A stretch of DNA of 64,000 nucleotides from Cirrosporium novae-zelandiae (Eukaryota): assembly GCA_026023565.1 (NCBI GenBank), contig JAPETS010000018.1:186001-250000 (forward strand), written 5' to 3'. The notes under the pieces are model-generated. The model saw only the letters and a program-made list of their open reading frames with translations, ran no database searches and was not told the origin of the DNA. The first letter of the stretch is position 1. Every line of letters starts with the position of its first letter. A program made the position numbers and the translations under genes. Of the stretch, positions 24,941 through 37,319 are shown piece by piece.

Positions 24941-26119
24941 ATAATCAGGACTCACGAATTCGGATCTTCACGTGTTGGGGATTAAAAATGTGATGTAAAA
25001 AATATATAGATTTGTAGCAAAAGAAGTTATAGATTTATAAAGGAAGAAGTACTAGTTATATATTCTGCAAAAACGTTCTGGGCTCAAAATTGGTTCTAAC
25101 ATGGCAACTACAATTAACAGGAAAGGCAACAACATAGCAGTTCTATAATAATTTTGTTTGTAGGCCTCCCCAAGGCCACTTTGCTAAATTTAGTCGCTTT
25201 CATTTTTAAGCGACTGTACCATTAAACATGCGAACCACCCTCGGGCTATAATAAAATAGGGACCATCTACAAAAAGCTAAGATAAATATCTGATTCTCGG
25301 ACATTATCTCTACCAAGACATGGAACGAAATATCTAAGTATTTTATTTTTTAATGCCATAGAGATTAATTCCCAATCACTAGATTCTAATCCCCCCCCCG
25401 GCAGCTAATGCGATCGAGTATATTTAAGCAGAGTTTGAGCATTTGGGTAAAATGGGAGCGAAGGTCAACTTTTCTAGCTCTCATATTATCGTTAACGAGC
25501 AAGGTTGCTTTTCCCCTTATCGGCAAACATCCCTCGACAGCATATATCAACCCAGACACCTATGCCTACCATTCGTTTAAGAGCCAAAAACATCTCCTCC
25601 AACCATCTTTTTTTAGCAGAGTTTGTTGCTATCTGGTCAAGTGCCCGCTATGCAAAGCGCATGGAAAGTAGCACATGGAAACTGGTAAATTTCTTGTAGA
25701 TATCCCTTTTTTTTATAAACCCAAGTGAGTGGCAACTGACTGAAATATTGTGTGAGATAAAGTCCATAAACGAGGTCCCCGCTGAAATGGAGGCCGGGGG
25801 GAGGATAAGAGCCTGAAGTTGTATTCTATCCCTGATGCCACGAGGGGATTTCTTAAATTCTCTTTCTCCTGCGTAACAATTTGAGGTGAAAGAAAATACC
25901 TAGATAGTTATATTTGAGATGTCGGATATAACGGGGAAACATAGCAGAAGAATAAGTAGAAGACTTATCTCGATCTCCCCCACGTCTGCTTTAATCCCTG
26001 CTTAGTTGCTTCACATGGACTTACCCAACAAAGCTTCCAGCAGTTAATTATAGCCGTTCATATTATTGCCCATTACTCCCTTAATTCGATATTTTGGAAA
26101 TTCATCAGGCTAATCAAAC

Positions 26120-27584
26120 ATGACGGTCAAACCCTTCCCCAAAACCATCATCATCGTCGGGGCAGGTGTGTTCGGGCTCTCCACCGCCCTCGCCATCACC
26201 CGCCGCCATCCATTTACAAAAGTCACGATTATCGATCGTCTAACTCCTCCCGTTGAAGACGGAACCAGCGTCGATACTACCCGATGTATTCGAACAGGTA
26301 AGAGCTTCAATTAAAAGCTTTTTGAATTGAGAGTTTTTTGAAATTTAGAGCACACGTCATCATTGTCATGTCGCTTCAGATTATGTAGATCCCATCTATA
26401 ATCGCCTCTCAGCCACGGCACAGGAATTGATCAAGGCGGATAAGGATCTCAGCCAGTTCTACCATGAGCAGGGTATGTCTTTTATCTGCGACGGCAAGCT
26501 AGGACGCTTTTACGATATCTGGCGGAGGGGGTTGGAGAATGTCGCAGCTCGTCAGGAAGCCCGGAGCTTATTTCGGATGGGGAATCGTGAGGAGGTTTAT
26601 AGGAATATCCATGGTGCCTTTGGCCGTCCTCCAACTGAGGAAGAGCTTGGCCGGGAGAGCAATTGGAATTCTGGATACTGTAACCTCAAAGCCGGGTTTA
26701 TCGAGGCAAGAGAATGCATCCGTGTTTACTATGAGCGATGTCTAGCTAGCCCAACAATATCCTTTGAATGCGGCACACCCGTCCAACGCCTCCTCTACGG
26801 ACCATCAGGAGCCGCTCAAGGAGTTATATTAGAAGATGGTCGAGTCTTGCACGCAGACACAACCCTCATCGCCGCTGGCGCCTGGTCAAACAAGCTTGTC
26901 TATCTGGAAGGCCTCACCTACTCCACCGCCATCGAAGTTGCCTGGATCAAGCTCACCAGCCCCGAAGCAGCCAGGTGGAGAAACATGCCCATTACCACGA
27001 ACCTCAGCACCGGATTCAATTTATTCCCCCCTTTAAACGGGGAGATCAAATGTCTCCGAAGATCAGCCGGCTATTGCAACACGGTCGCGATTCCTCACCC
27101 AGAAAATAATGATGATGATAAAAACAAAACAATCCACACCTCCTTGCCCAGAACAACCGTAGACTACCCCACGGATATCATCCCCGCAGACGCCTCAGTC
27201 AAACTCCGCGACGACCTGCGCGAAATCATACCAACCCTCGCAGATCGAAAATTCCACCGTACAAAACTCTGCTGGCTGTCCCAAACTCCCGATGCCGATT
27301 TCCTCATCGCTCCCCACCCCCGCATTGCTAATCTTCATCTGGCAACGGGCGGGTCCGCACACGCTTGGAAATTCCTCACTACCATTGGGGACTTTGTTGT
27401 TGACTCGATGTGTGGGACCCTGGATCCGGTTCTCGCGGGGAAATGGGCTTGGAAGGAAGGCGGGGAGCGTGAGGGGGATGGTGGAAATGCGCCTCGGATG
27501 GGTGGGAGGGCTCAGGAACTTGGTTGTGTGGTAAGGACTGAAACTGGAACTGGAATCGGGACCGGAACCCGAGGTCGGCTTTAG
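26120..27584 (+). CDS. FAD-dependent oxidase, sarcosine oxidase / fructosyl-amine oxidase / pipecolate oxidase family
   Basis: Rossmann motif [27 protein letters not shown] (intron ~26298-26379), AAGAWS, KLCW (family flavinylation Cys position), [21 protein letters not shown]. Confidence 0.9.
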
Positions 27585-27976
27585 AATAAGGGGGCTATGG
27601 CTTATCATTTAGGGGTATAAATTTATTTTGTAATTAGCCGAAAGGTACGCTTGGCAAATAAATCATAGCTCGATGATCTAACCATGTCTTTTTATCAAGT
27701 CCTAGAATGAACCCACCTTACTAGCTGCAGCAGTCCGTCCAACAGTATTCTGAACTCTGTGACTTCACGCCGGAAGATGCAGGGAATATCGAACTGGTAC
27801 AAGTGTAATGTGAATGCTATTCAAAAGGCTGGTTGTAGCCCAACGATCGAGAGACTAGCGTCCAGACCCCACTTTATCATATTTCAAATCTACTTATTTA
27901 TAATCATAAACCTCAGCTCATATGCCATAGAAAACAAGACCTTCAGGGGGGGCAAGTCTTTATTTTGTACAATACA

Positions 27977-29761
27977 TCAAAAGTAATGCATTTCCACATC
28001 ATCCCGATCTTTCACATGGGCAACCGGCCCCGTAAATACTTTCCTCGCCCTTAGGTAATAATCAGCGGTGCTGAAGATGGCTACGGCCACAAACATGACC
28101 ACGCTCCAGTTGAACGACTCCGCATCCACGGGAGTACTTTCGGGCCAGAAACACCAGAAAAATGCATACAACGAGTAAGCCAGCGCCGAAGCATTGACGG
28201 GGACGCCCCAGCTGCCCAGGCTCCAGCGCGCTTTGGGTAAGGTCTCGGGATGGTTTATTCTACGGTAGAGGACGCAGCCGATGGATACACAGTAGGTAAT
28301 CATGAGGGACACTGTGTTGAGAGAGACGATGGCATTGAACGCGACGTCAGAGCCGATGTTGATGAGGGAGAGGAGGATGGTGATGGAGCAGGTAACCTTG
28401 ACCGCATTGACAGGAATCTCAAGCTTCGGGTCCACACTACCCATCCATTCATAAAAGGGGAGGCCCTTATCGCGAGCGAAGGCCCAGGTTTCGCGGGAGG
28501 TCGATAGATTGAAAGAGACAGTTCCAGCAAAGGTCAAGAGGATCAGAATAAATGTGAGCCCGTTTACGCCACCTGTTGAGACGAAGTTTTTGAACGTCCA
28601 GATGAATGGGTAGCCGGTAGAGTCGTTGAGGGCCGCCTCGAGATCTGTAATGGCGAATAAATACGAAATTAGGATTACCAGGCCTAGGATACTGTTAAGG
28701 ATGTAGCTTCCGACCATGGCGCGAGGTACAGCTACCCCAGCATCCCTGATCTCTTCGGACATATGTGCCGCCGCGTCAGAGCCTAGACTTGCGGTCAGTA
28801 TGGAAATTCAAATGACTTTGTTCGTGTGTAGACGTACAGATGAGACCGTAGATGGCAGAAATCTGCCCAACCATAAGACTCAAGCCCATGGAGTTCCAAC
28901 CACCAAAATTTGTAAATTTCAAAAACACGGCTGAGGGATCGTTATGTGGTGAGAGGGTCCAAAATACTATGATGATGGTAAGAAAGCCCGCCACGTGAAC
29001 AATAAGCATCAAGTTCTGAGCTAGAGGCATTCCCTTCGATCCCCAAACATTGGAGATGTACACGATCGCGGTAACCGCAAAAACCAGCAGTGTGCCTTGC
29101 CAATTCGTTGGGCTGTAATCGGGGTTGTTGATTATGATTAAGCTCTGAATGATCGTTCCCACGAGAAATGGGCCGGATGCTGTGCCAGCTTGCCAAGAGA
29201 GTGTAGACATCCATCCTGTGAAATGACTCAAATATCGTTGATACTGAGTTGGAGCAAACTCGGATACCCAGTGATATTGCCCGCCTGAGGTGGGTGCCAT
29301 TGATGCCATCTCGGCTAGAGATATGTTGACTAGAGCCATTCCAAAGAAAGTCCAGATATAAGACCAGAACAGACCAGGCAATCCTCCATCAAAAAGACCC
29401 TGCTCGGTGGCACTATAAAATTAACCTCAGGTACAGCAATCCATTATTAGGACTGGATAGCTTACGTTAGGAGAACTTCCCACGTACCCTGCAATATGAC
29501 CGTAAAACTCATTGCAGAAAAGTAACGGAAATTCCTCTAATATGTTTTTCAGCCAAAGGTGGTTAGCAACAAAGGAATTGATTTACACACCCTGAGCAAT
29601 TGGGCTTTGCCCATCCGGTCCATCTCCTTTTTATCATTCTTGGTTGATGAGTAGAGGTAGTCATGATAATTTTCCGGGTCCTCCTCCTTGTGAATTTCAT
29701 CTGATGGATTTTTTGGGGTGTCAAGAGCCGACACAGTGGCCTCAAGGTCCGATGGGGCCAT
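27977..29761 (-). CDS. APC-superfamily amino-acid permease (choline/GABA, Hnm1/Uga4-like), 3 introns
   Basis: Motifs SLAEMASMAPTSGGQYHWVSEFAP, WQGTLL, SDAAAHMSEEIRDA, SRETWAFARDKGLPF, LINIGSDVAFNAI. Confidence 0.92.
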
Positions 29762-31008
29762 GATTGCTTGTAGTGCCAGGAGAAACCAAGACGAAGTCAG
29801 TCCAGCAAAAACATGAATGAAGAAGAAATTGAAAAGAAAATAACAAGTGAAGAAAGTTATAGCAAGGGCCCCCTTGAGAGATGGACTTAGCTAGATGAAG
29901 AGAGCTCTCAAGGGCTAGAGGGATATCAACCGCGTGAGACAGAATTAATCACCCCATGATTGTATGTACTGTATGAATGAAATGTGCACGGTATACTCTC
30001 CGTTTCCAGTGTATGGTAGTGCGTGCATTGTCCATATGTTCATTGGCTAACTACATGGATGCTGGGAAGTAAAGCTGCAGAGGAGGGTTTTACTGTGTAC
30101 CTAGGTGGTTAGCCAGGCATGGTCCTGTTGTACGACGGAGAAACTTAATCTCCCCAGAAGGGACGGCCCGACATTTATTGTGGAAGCCGATTGGTGAAAG
30201 CCGATAACAACCCTTGTTCGGCTTCCCCGTTTATCATCGGGGAAGCTCAGGCCCTTTCTTACCGGAGCTAGAGCCGAGGGTTAGCCCCAATTGTGGGCCC
30301 CCATAAAAAGCACCAGCTACAATAGCTACAATAGTGTGTACCTTAGGTATACATCTTTGACCAACAAGAATGATATTTCATTGCTGTGCCGCATCTACGC
30401 CGCATCTGTGCCGCAACCGACGCGTATTTTTTCTCTTAATTTGATACTTGAGACCGTTAATAATTAGTTACTCATCTCTTCTTCTTCTACTTCTTCCTCG
30501 GAAACAAGGGACAGCTTGCAATCTGAACAAGGCCAATTTGCTATCCTTGCCATCACCTTGATAGTGTTATTGTTAACAGACTGAGATAGGAACTAAATAT
30601 TGAAATACAGTTAGGCAAATTCCAAAGTCCATTAGGAATATACAGTACAGCAATTCTAATTGTACTGCCACTGCTTATTGCCAAGGAAAGAGAAGGGTTG
30701 GGTTCATACGGCATGTGGTATCTTAGATCATGATGTTGAATGGCAGGCCTCAGAAACAAATGGCTTTGTCCTATGCATAACCCTATGTTCCTCCCTACTA
30801 CAAGCCTTGTGGTTGGATTGTCCAGGGCTCCTAAATTCCAACCTTATAACTATGACTGGCCTACGCACACTGTAACGGTTCTCTTACTGCTTGTCTTTTT
30901 CAACCTCGTTTCTCTATTTGGAATTCATCTTTGAAAATTTTCGACTCATCTCTGGGGTTCCCAGAACCATCATCCTGTCAACCTTTCACTGGATCCTGAC
31001 AATTTCCT

Positions 31009-32433
31009 ATGATGGTTCAAACCCCTGCTATATCGCGAGAAATATCGGCACCCCTCGAAGTAATTACAAAAGCTGACAAAGGTGGCTTGATTATAATAAT
31101 TACATGTCTATCGCTGTCTTTTGCTATACTCGCTTTTATGGTTAGGGTTTATATTCGATATACCAAACCTCCATGGGGAAAGGATGATAGTGTTCTTACG
31201 GCTGGCATGGTACCACATAGCATGTTGCTGATAAATATTCTAAACTAACACCTACTACAAGATCTTGTTCACAGCTCAATGTGCCAATGTCGTCGTCAGT
31301 GTCAGCAATGGTTTTGGCACGTCCCAGGAGCTCGTGAGTTCTCATGAGCTTTTAAAAATTCAAAAGGTAAGGAGTTTGATACCCTATTCCTCGAAGCTAC
31401 GGTTCACCTATTATTCACCTTCCTTTGAAGCTCGAGTCTAATGTGGGAGTTGGGTAGGCCAGCTATGCAAATGAAATATCCTACATAATCATTCTGTTCC
31501 TCTCAAAGTTGTCGTTTGGCTTATTATATAACCGACTGACGTCCACTCCTGGACATATCACCATCACTCGAATCCTGATTGTTGCCTTGGTAATATGGGT
31601 CGTCCTATCCACTCTGCTAATTGGCCTGCGGTGTGATATTTACCGACCCTGGACAGACTGGAGCTGCGAAAAATGCGAACGCCTCGTGAGTTTTCAATCT
31701 TCAAAATCCAAGAACATAGAAAACAGGAGCTCATAAATCTGTAGTGGGCGTACTGGGAAGTTGTCAGTGTACTTGATATAGTTACAGAAGTACCTCTCTG
31801 CTTCATGCCAATTTACCTTACAGAAGGACTTCAAATGCGCTCCAAATTAAAAGCCATTTTCATAATCGCCTTTGGCCAACGTTTTTTGTAATTTCGCTTC
31901 CCCAAGTCCTCCTTGCGTTCTTAATACAAATACCATTATCGCTAACCATTCCTCGGGCTTTCGTATCATTCAGAGTCGTCATCATAATCGCCTTCCGGCT
32001 ATACTATCTTCACCGTGCCATCCTCTCCTCAAACACGAACCTCGTATTAGCCAGTCCCCTCATATGCGCCGAGGTTCAATTAGGCTACACTCTCATCAGC
32101 AATGCGATTCCCTGTCTACCACACTTTGTAGCCGTCTACGAGGCTCCCGGCCACGAGGAACTCACTCATACCGGGTATCCCCTCAGATCATTCAGGTCCA
32201 CGAAAACTCAGTCCATCAAATCCCCTGAAGACATCATCGCTGCGAGAGGCGAGATAGGGCAAGATTCTAGACCAGTAGTCGATCCTCGGGTTCGAAGGAG
32301 TAAGGGTATTGGTAACTGTAGTAATGGTAGCCAGGAAAGGATAATCCAGGACAAGGGTAGCTGGTCGATTAATAATGAGGCAGTAGTGAACGGTTCGATG
32401 CGATCCGGGCATGAAATAGATAGTGAATATTAA
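31009..32433 (+). CDS. PTH11-like (rhodopsin-domain) integral membrane protein, 4 introns
   Basis: Spliced product contains RVYIR...WGKDD, SNGFG, LSKLS, RCDIYRPW, LDIVTE, LQMRSKLKAIFIIAFGQR and CAEVQLGYTLISNAIPCL, with multiple hydrophobic segments. Confidence 0.8.
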
Positions 32434-32907
32434 GTTCTTAGGGATGGGAACTAAAGATTGCTGGATTTGAATATAAGCAAGGGTTAATAATGAAAGGTGT
32501 GCTATAAATATAAAAATGCACTATAGCTGATGATGGGAGAAAGATTAGAACAGATAGATCCTTTGGCTAAAAATCCGGTCTTGCAATAGAAATTAGATAG
32601 CTACAGTATGTTATCGGGAGTACTTGTAGACGCGTGTATGCGTTTCGGGACCAGGTCATGGGGTTGGCTGATTGATTGGTTGATTGGTTGATATCCTTAC
32701 CAGCGTGGTTATACAGGGATTTGTTGCAACGACGTTATAAGCTGGTCAAGGTTAAATTCATAGATATTACTTCTACTAATAAAACCTAAAACATAAACCT
32801 AGTCACAATTTACTTGTGTCGTAAATTTTTAGCATAGCATCATCATCATCAACTTCACGGCACATATGTGTAATGTGAAGAACCACCTGACGAGTAGACT
32901 CTTTGAC

Positions 32908-33672
32908 TCAACCTAGATACAGCCCACCACCTGCAACGAGAGATACTCCATTAGCCCAATTCGCTTTTTCTTCACACAATGTCGCTATCAACCAAGCGAT
33001 TTCACTTGGTTCTCCCAAGCGAGGTGCAACCGGGGTGGTCTTGACAAGGGATTGCACAAACTGCTTGAACTCGGGCTCCGCATTCGCCATGGCCTCTGTA
33101 TTGACCGGACCTGGTGCAACCGAGTTCACCGTACACCCATACTTGGGCGGCAGCTCTCTTGCCCAGCAACGCGTGAAGCTATCCACCATCCCCTTGGTTC
33201 CAGCATATATCGTCAGTCCCGGATGGGGATCCCGCGCATTGGAACTGGTCACATTAACGATGCGAGAGCTGCCATGCGTGAGATGTTTCAGAACTGCTTG
33301 AGTGAGCAGGAGAGTTCCTCTTCCGTTCAAATTTACTAGCTGCTCCCAGATTTCTGGACCTTGTTCTTCCATGGGGAGATTCATAGCCCGCCCAGCGTTA
33401 TTCACGAGGATGTCGATTTTTCCGAATTTAGCAACGGCCGCTTCTGCGAGTGTGGCAGGACCAGTGAGCGTTGACAAATCGGCTTCGACGCAAATCGATT
33501 CAATGTCTGGCTGAAGAGTTGCGAGAACTCGATCGGCCTGTTCTTTATCCTTTACAAAAGGATAATTTACGACGACATTGGCTCCGCGCAGAGATAGTTC
33601 CCTTGCAACTGCAGCTCCGATGCCTGAAGAGGAACCGCTGACAATGGCAACTTTTCCTCGTAAAGACTGCAT
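32908..33672 (-). CDS. Classical short-chain dehydrogenase/reductase (FabG-like), intronless
   Basis: Motifs SGSSSGIG, NNAG, YAGTK (YxxxK) and VNSVAPGP. First ATG is at 33672. Confidence 0.92.
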   Translation of the reverse strand: MQSLRGKVAIVSGSSSGIGAAVARELSLRGANVVVNYPFVKDKEQADRVLATLQPDIESICVEADLSTLTGPATLAEAAVAKFGKIDILVNNAGRAMNLPMEEQGPEIWEQLVNLNGRGTLLLTQAVLKHLTHGSSRIVNVTSSNARDPHPGLTIYAGTKGMVDSFTRCWARELPPKYGCTVNSVAPGPVNTEAMANAEPEFKQFVQSLVKTTPVAPRLGEPSEIAWLIATLCEEKANWANGVSLVAGGGLYLG

Positions 33673-34344
33673 AACTTGATATCGAGATAGGGGGATGGTG
33701 AATGACACAGCAGAATCTTGATTAATTTGAGTCCATTATCAATAGTTCAAGGCCATGACGGAATCAGGTCTCTCAATTATACAATAAAATCTCCCTTGCT
33801 TTTATCTCAACGTCATGCTTATATAGCCGGTAGTTGAGGGGTTGATTGATTGCAATTCGGAATGTGGAGAGCATAACAACAACCGAAATCGATCCATGGG
33901 ATAATCAATATAATTGCGCATTTAGTAAATAAGTTGATATATATATGAATTTTTTTAGCCCAATTTCTCTTAGTTTTTCTGAGCAAGAAAAGTGAGAAGG
34001 TTATAACTCGATCATCTGCAGTTTGGTCCAATAAGGGTTTAACTCCGTCGGACTTAAGTTCAATACCCCGGGACTTGCAGCATCGAAGGTAACCGGACGA
34101 GTAGAATTGCAATCGCATCCATATCCGACATTGGTCTCGCAACCTCTTCTTAAAAGACGCCTGAGGACACCCTTCGTATGAGATGGCTCTTTCAAGCTCC
34201 TCCCTCCCCCGTCGGAAAATTCCATTGTTCGACCAGGTCGATAACATTTTATCACTCTGTTTTATTCCCACGAGATAACACAAAAACTATCTAATATATC
34301 AACGTGAAACTCCAACGATTCAAGTCTCCCCCACCTATTTAAAT

Positions 34345-35001
34345 ATGGGCATCTTAGATTATATCGAGTCTAGCGCGGGCTGGCTATTCCTCAACTACAA
34401 GCACCGGGACTCCAAACTTTTCTTCAAGGGTCCCGCCTTTACTGATTTTCCCGAGCCTACATTCGAATTGATAGCTCCGGATTGTGGCCCTTCGAATTCG
34501 TTCATGAAAGATAAATACACCCAGGTCGGCCCTTCACTCTTTCCTGAACTCAAATGGTCTATCCCATCCGACTCGCCAGAAGTTAAAGAGTACATCATCA
34601 TTATCGAGGACCCCGACGTCCCGCTTCCTTGGCCGGTGTACCATGGCCTATTTTACTCTGTCCCAGCGGAGAGAAGAGGTGTTACCAATGAAGACTTTGA
34701 ACTGGTTGAAGATGATACGAATGCAGAGAAGCCTTTGAAAAGTGGATTCAAGTTCATCAAGAATATAAGAGGGTCTCATTATATTGGCCCCAGGCCATTA
34801 CTTGATCATGGGCCGCATAGATACATTTATGAGGTGATAGCTTTGAAGGAGCCGCTGGATATTAAGCCATCGGATGCCAAAAGTATGACCAGAGAGCAGG
34901 TGGCTGACGCTATCGTGGGCAAAGTTGCTGGCTGGGGAATGTGGGTTGGGGTTTTCGAAAGGAAATGGCAAAACCGAGTTTTGCAGTCTGGGGGGGAATA
35001 G
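34345..35001 (+). CDS. PEBP / YbhB-YbcL-like protein
   Basis: PEBP-family motifs EDPDVP...HGLFY and YIGPRPLLDHGPHRYIYEVIAL. Confidence 0.88.
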   Translation: MGILDYIESSAGWLFLNYKHRDSKLFFKGPAFTDFPEPTFELIAPDCGPSNSFMKDKYTQVGPSLFPELKWSIPSDSPEVKEYIIIIEDPDVPLPWPVYHGLFYSVPAERRGVTNEDFELVEDDTNAEKPLKSGFKFIKNIRGSHYIGPRPLLDHGPHRYIYEVIALKEPLDIKPSDAKSMTREQVADAIVGKVAGWGMWVGVFERKWQNRVLQSGGE

Positions 35002-35480
35002 GCGAGAGGTTGTGGCATAGATATTTTGCTCAGATCGATTGGCGCAGGGATTCACTGCTTATTTAGGCACGTTAGGTTAGCGTTTTCACCTATTCAATCC
35101 CTACTTACTAAGACGGCTTCATATCTAATATCTGCTTGAGGAAAGTAGTGTAACGAATATATTATCTAGTTATGCTTGATTATTTCCGAGATACCTAGGA
35201 GTCTAGTCGGCTCCAGGTATCCTTCATGCCAACTATCTCGGTTTTCAATTATTCCAACACGTCTAAATATTCTATCTATCACTCACGATTTTTTATTTCT
35301 CCTGGAAGTTCTCTACTCTACTAAGTACTACTGTCGTCCTTTGACGTTTTTGCTAACATAGAAAGTAGAAAAGGAATATGAAAGAACTAAGACACGATTG
35401 GCATTTCATAGACAAATTCAATTGAGATTATTCGTGCACCTGCAAAATTGAGTGACGACAATGACTTTTAATATAGTACA

Positions 35481-36500
35481 TCAGGGAGACCTCTCAGCAA
35501 AATCAGATTTACGGATTCCATCCATTAACCAACTGGAAAGACTCACCTCGATTCCTTTCCTCACAAAGGTAGAACGGGGACCGAAGGAAAGACTGGAACT
35601 GGGCGTCATCGACTGCGGCCGACTGGTTACAGAAATGGTGCTGGCATCGGTAGTCTCGACATCATTCGTCTATGAAAGGGTCAACCACCCCTCCAGCGCC
35701 ATATATGTTCATTTGATATAAGAGTTACCGTGATGGCCATATCCCCAACAGTCCCGCAATTCCGATAAGCCCACAAATTCGATGCCTCACCCCCCGCCTG
35801 GAGGCAAGACTACATTACCATCGGAACTCGCAAACCGACGCCAAAAACGAAATCAAACTAGGTCTGCACACTCACAGCTGCGGACATCGGAAGCGGCAGT
35901 AGTATACTCGCTCTGGCAGGCCGATATCTCCTGGTCTCCACACCGTTACAGCATTGGCAAATCGATGACGGACACAACATCCTGGTCCAACCATACAGAC
36001 AGCTCTGGGACCATCGGCGTGGTCACCGGCGTCGCGATTATAGAATCACAAGCCCCGTGCCATTCGTTTATGATCTCATCGAAATCGCTATCGTATGTGT
36101 TCGAGAGAGTACATAACCTCCACTCGCCTTTACACCTGTTTTACCGAGTTAAGTAAGGACGAGATCAAACCCGCATTAACAAATAAATAAATAAATATTC
36201 AAATTAAGAACGATATAGAAATAAAAAAGTTCTTGCTAACCCTTCCCACGCCTCGAAAAGCTCCTGGGTGCAATAACATTTCTCCATCTCCTCCATCTCC
36301 TCTTTATCAATCAACAACTCGTTACATCTCGCAATGATACTATTCGTATCATCGCAATTTGGGAAACTAGTAATTTTTTCCCCCATGCAATTTGAAGGGG
36401 CGAGAGAGGAGGGGGAGGAGGAAGAGGTCTGAGCAGCTCCACTAAGAAGATTATTATAGCTTGAGAGGAGGAGGTCAACGATTAGAAGAAGAAATCTCAT
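35481..36500 (-). pseudogene. Disrupted secreted Cys-rich, Ser/Thr-tailed protein gene
   Basis: Signal-like N-terminus, then CMGE..FPNCD..IARC..CYCTQELF/GCKGEWRLC..EWHGACD. Several small indels follow at ~35790-35990 and a TAG at 35670-72. Confidence 0.7.
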
Positions 36501-37319
36501 TTTTCAAGAACCTGATACCGTTGTATTTAACTAGGACCTGAGATTCTAGGGTTGCGATCAACCTCGATGTAAGTTGCTTGTGATTTTAAAAGGACTCTAT
36601 ACCTCTCCCCTTCTCCCCACCTATGCTTTCCTTCAAACTTTCACCCCCTTACTGTAAACCTACAAACATTCATGCAATGCTTGTATTCTAATCTACAAAA
36701 AAAAGTATCGACAGATCTTTCTTTGACACTGACTCGCTCTCTTCAGCCGCAGCAGCGGCGGGGAAGATATTCTGGACACCATTACCACTCGCCAGTATTT
36801 CCCTCCCTCCCTCCCCTCGGCTTGGCTTGCTGCTGCTTGATTTTTTATGTTATGTATGACGTTCTATCTAGAAAGCTGTGCGTATTTTGTATTTTGCGTG
36901 ATAGATATAACATACCATACTCAATAACGCCTTTGTTCATGCAATGCAATATTTTCGTTAAGATATTTTTATAAGCTTACACTCTCCCCCACCCCGCCTC
37001 CGCCCCGGTTTGTGTATAAAGAGAAGAGCTAATGATGGGGGAGGGCTATCTATGCTATTTGTACATGTACGTGTACATATACCAAATATAAATAAATAAT
37101 AACTCAAATTTCTTCTTTGTTTAAAAAATAGAAATGAAATGAGCTTCCTAAAAGTCTCCTCCTCCTCCTCCTCCTCTCCATACCAAGATAAATATTGGAC
37201 ATGGTAAAACCAAACCTCCTTCCAACAAACAAACACAAGCCCTCCCGTCTGTAAAAAAAAATGGGCTCCCGCTAGAGTGTGTACATGTACATGTACGTTG
37301 CACCATTTCTAATTATCTG

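Noticed and set aside
27535..27575. (GT)-repeat peptide tail [14 protein letters not shown] of the oxidase
   Set aside because: A low-complexity hexamer expansion; the terminal GRL is at best a weak PTS1-like signal.
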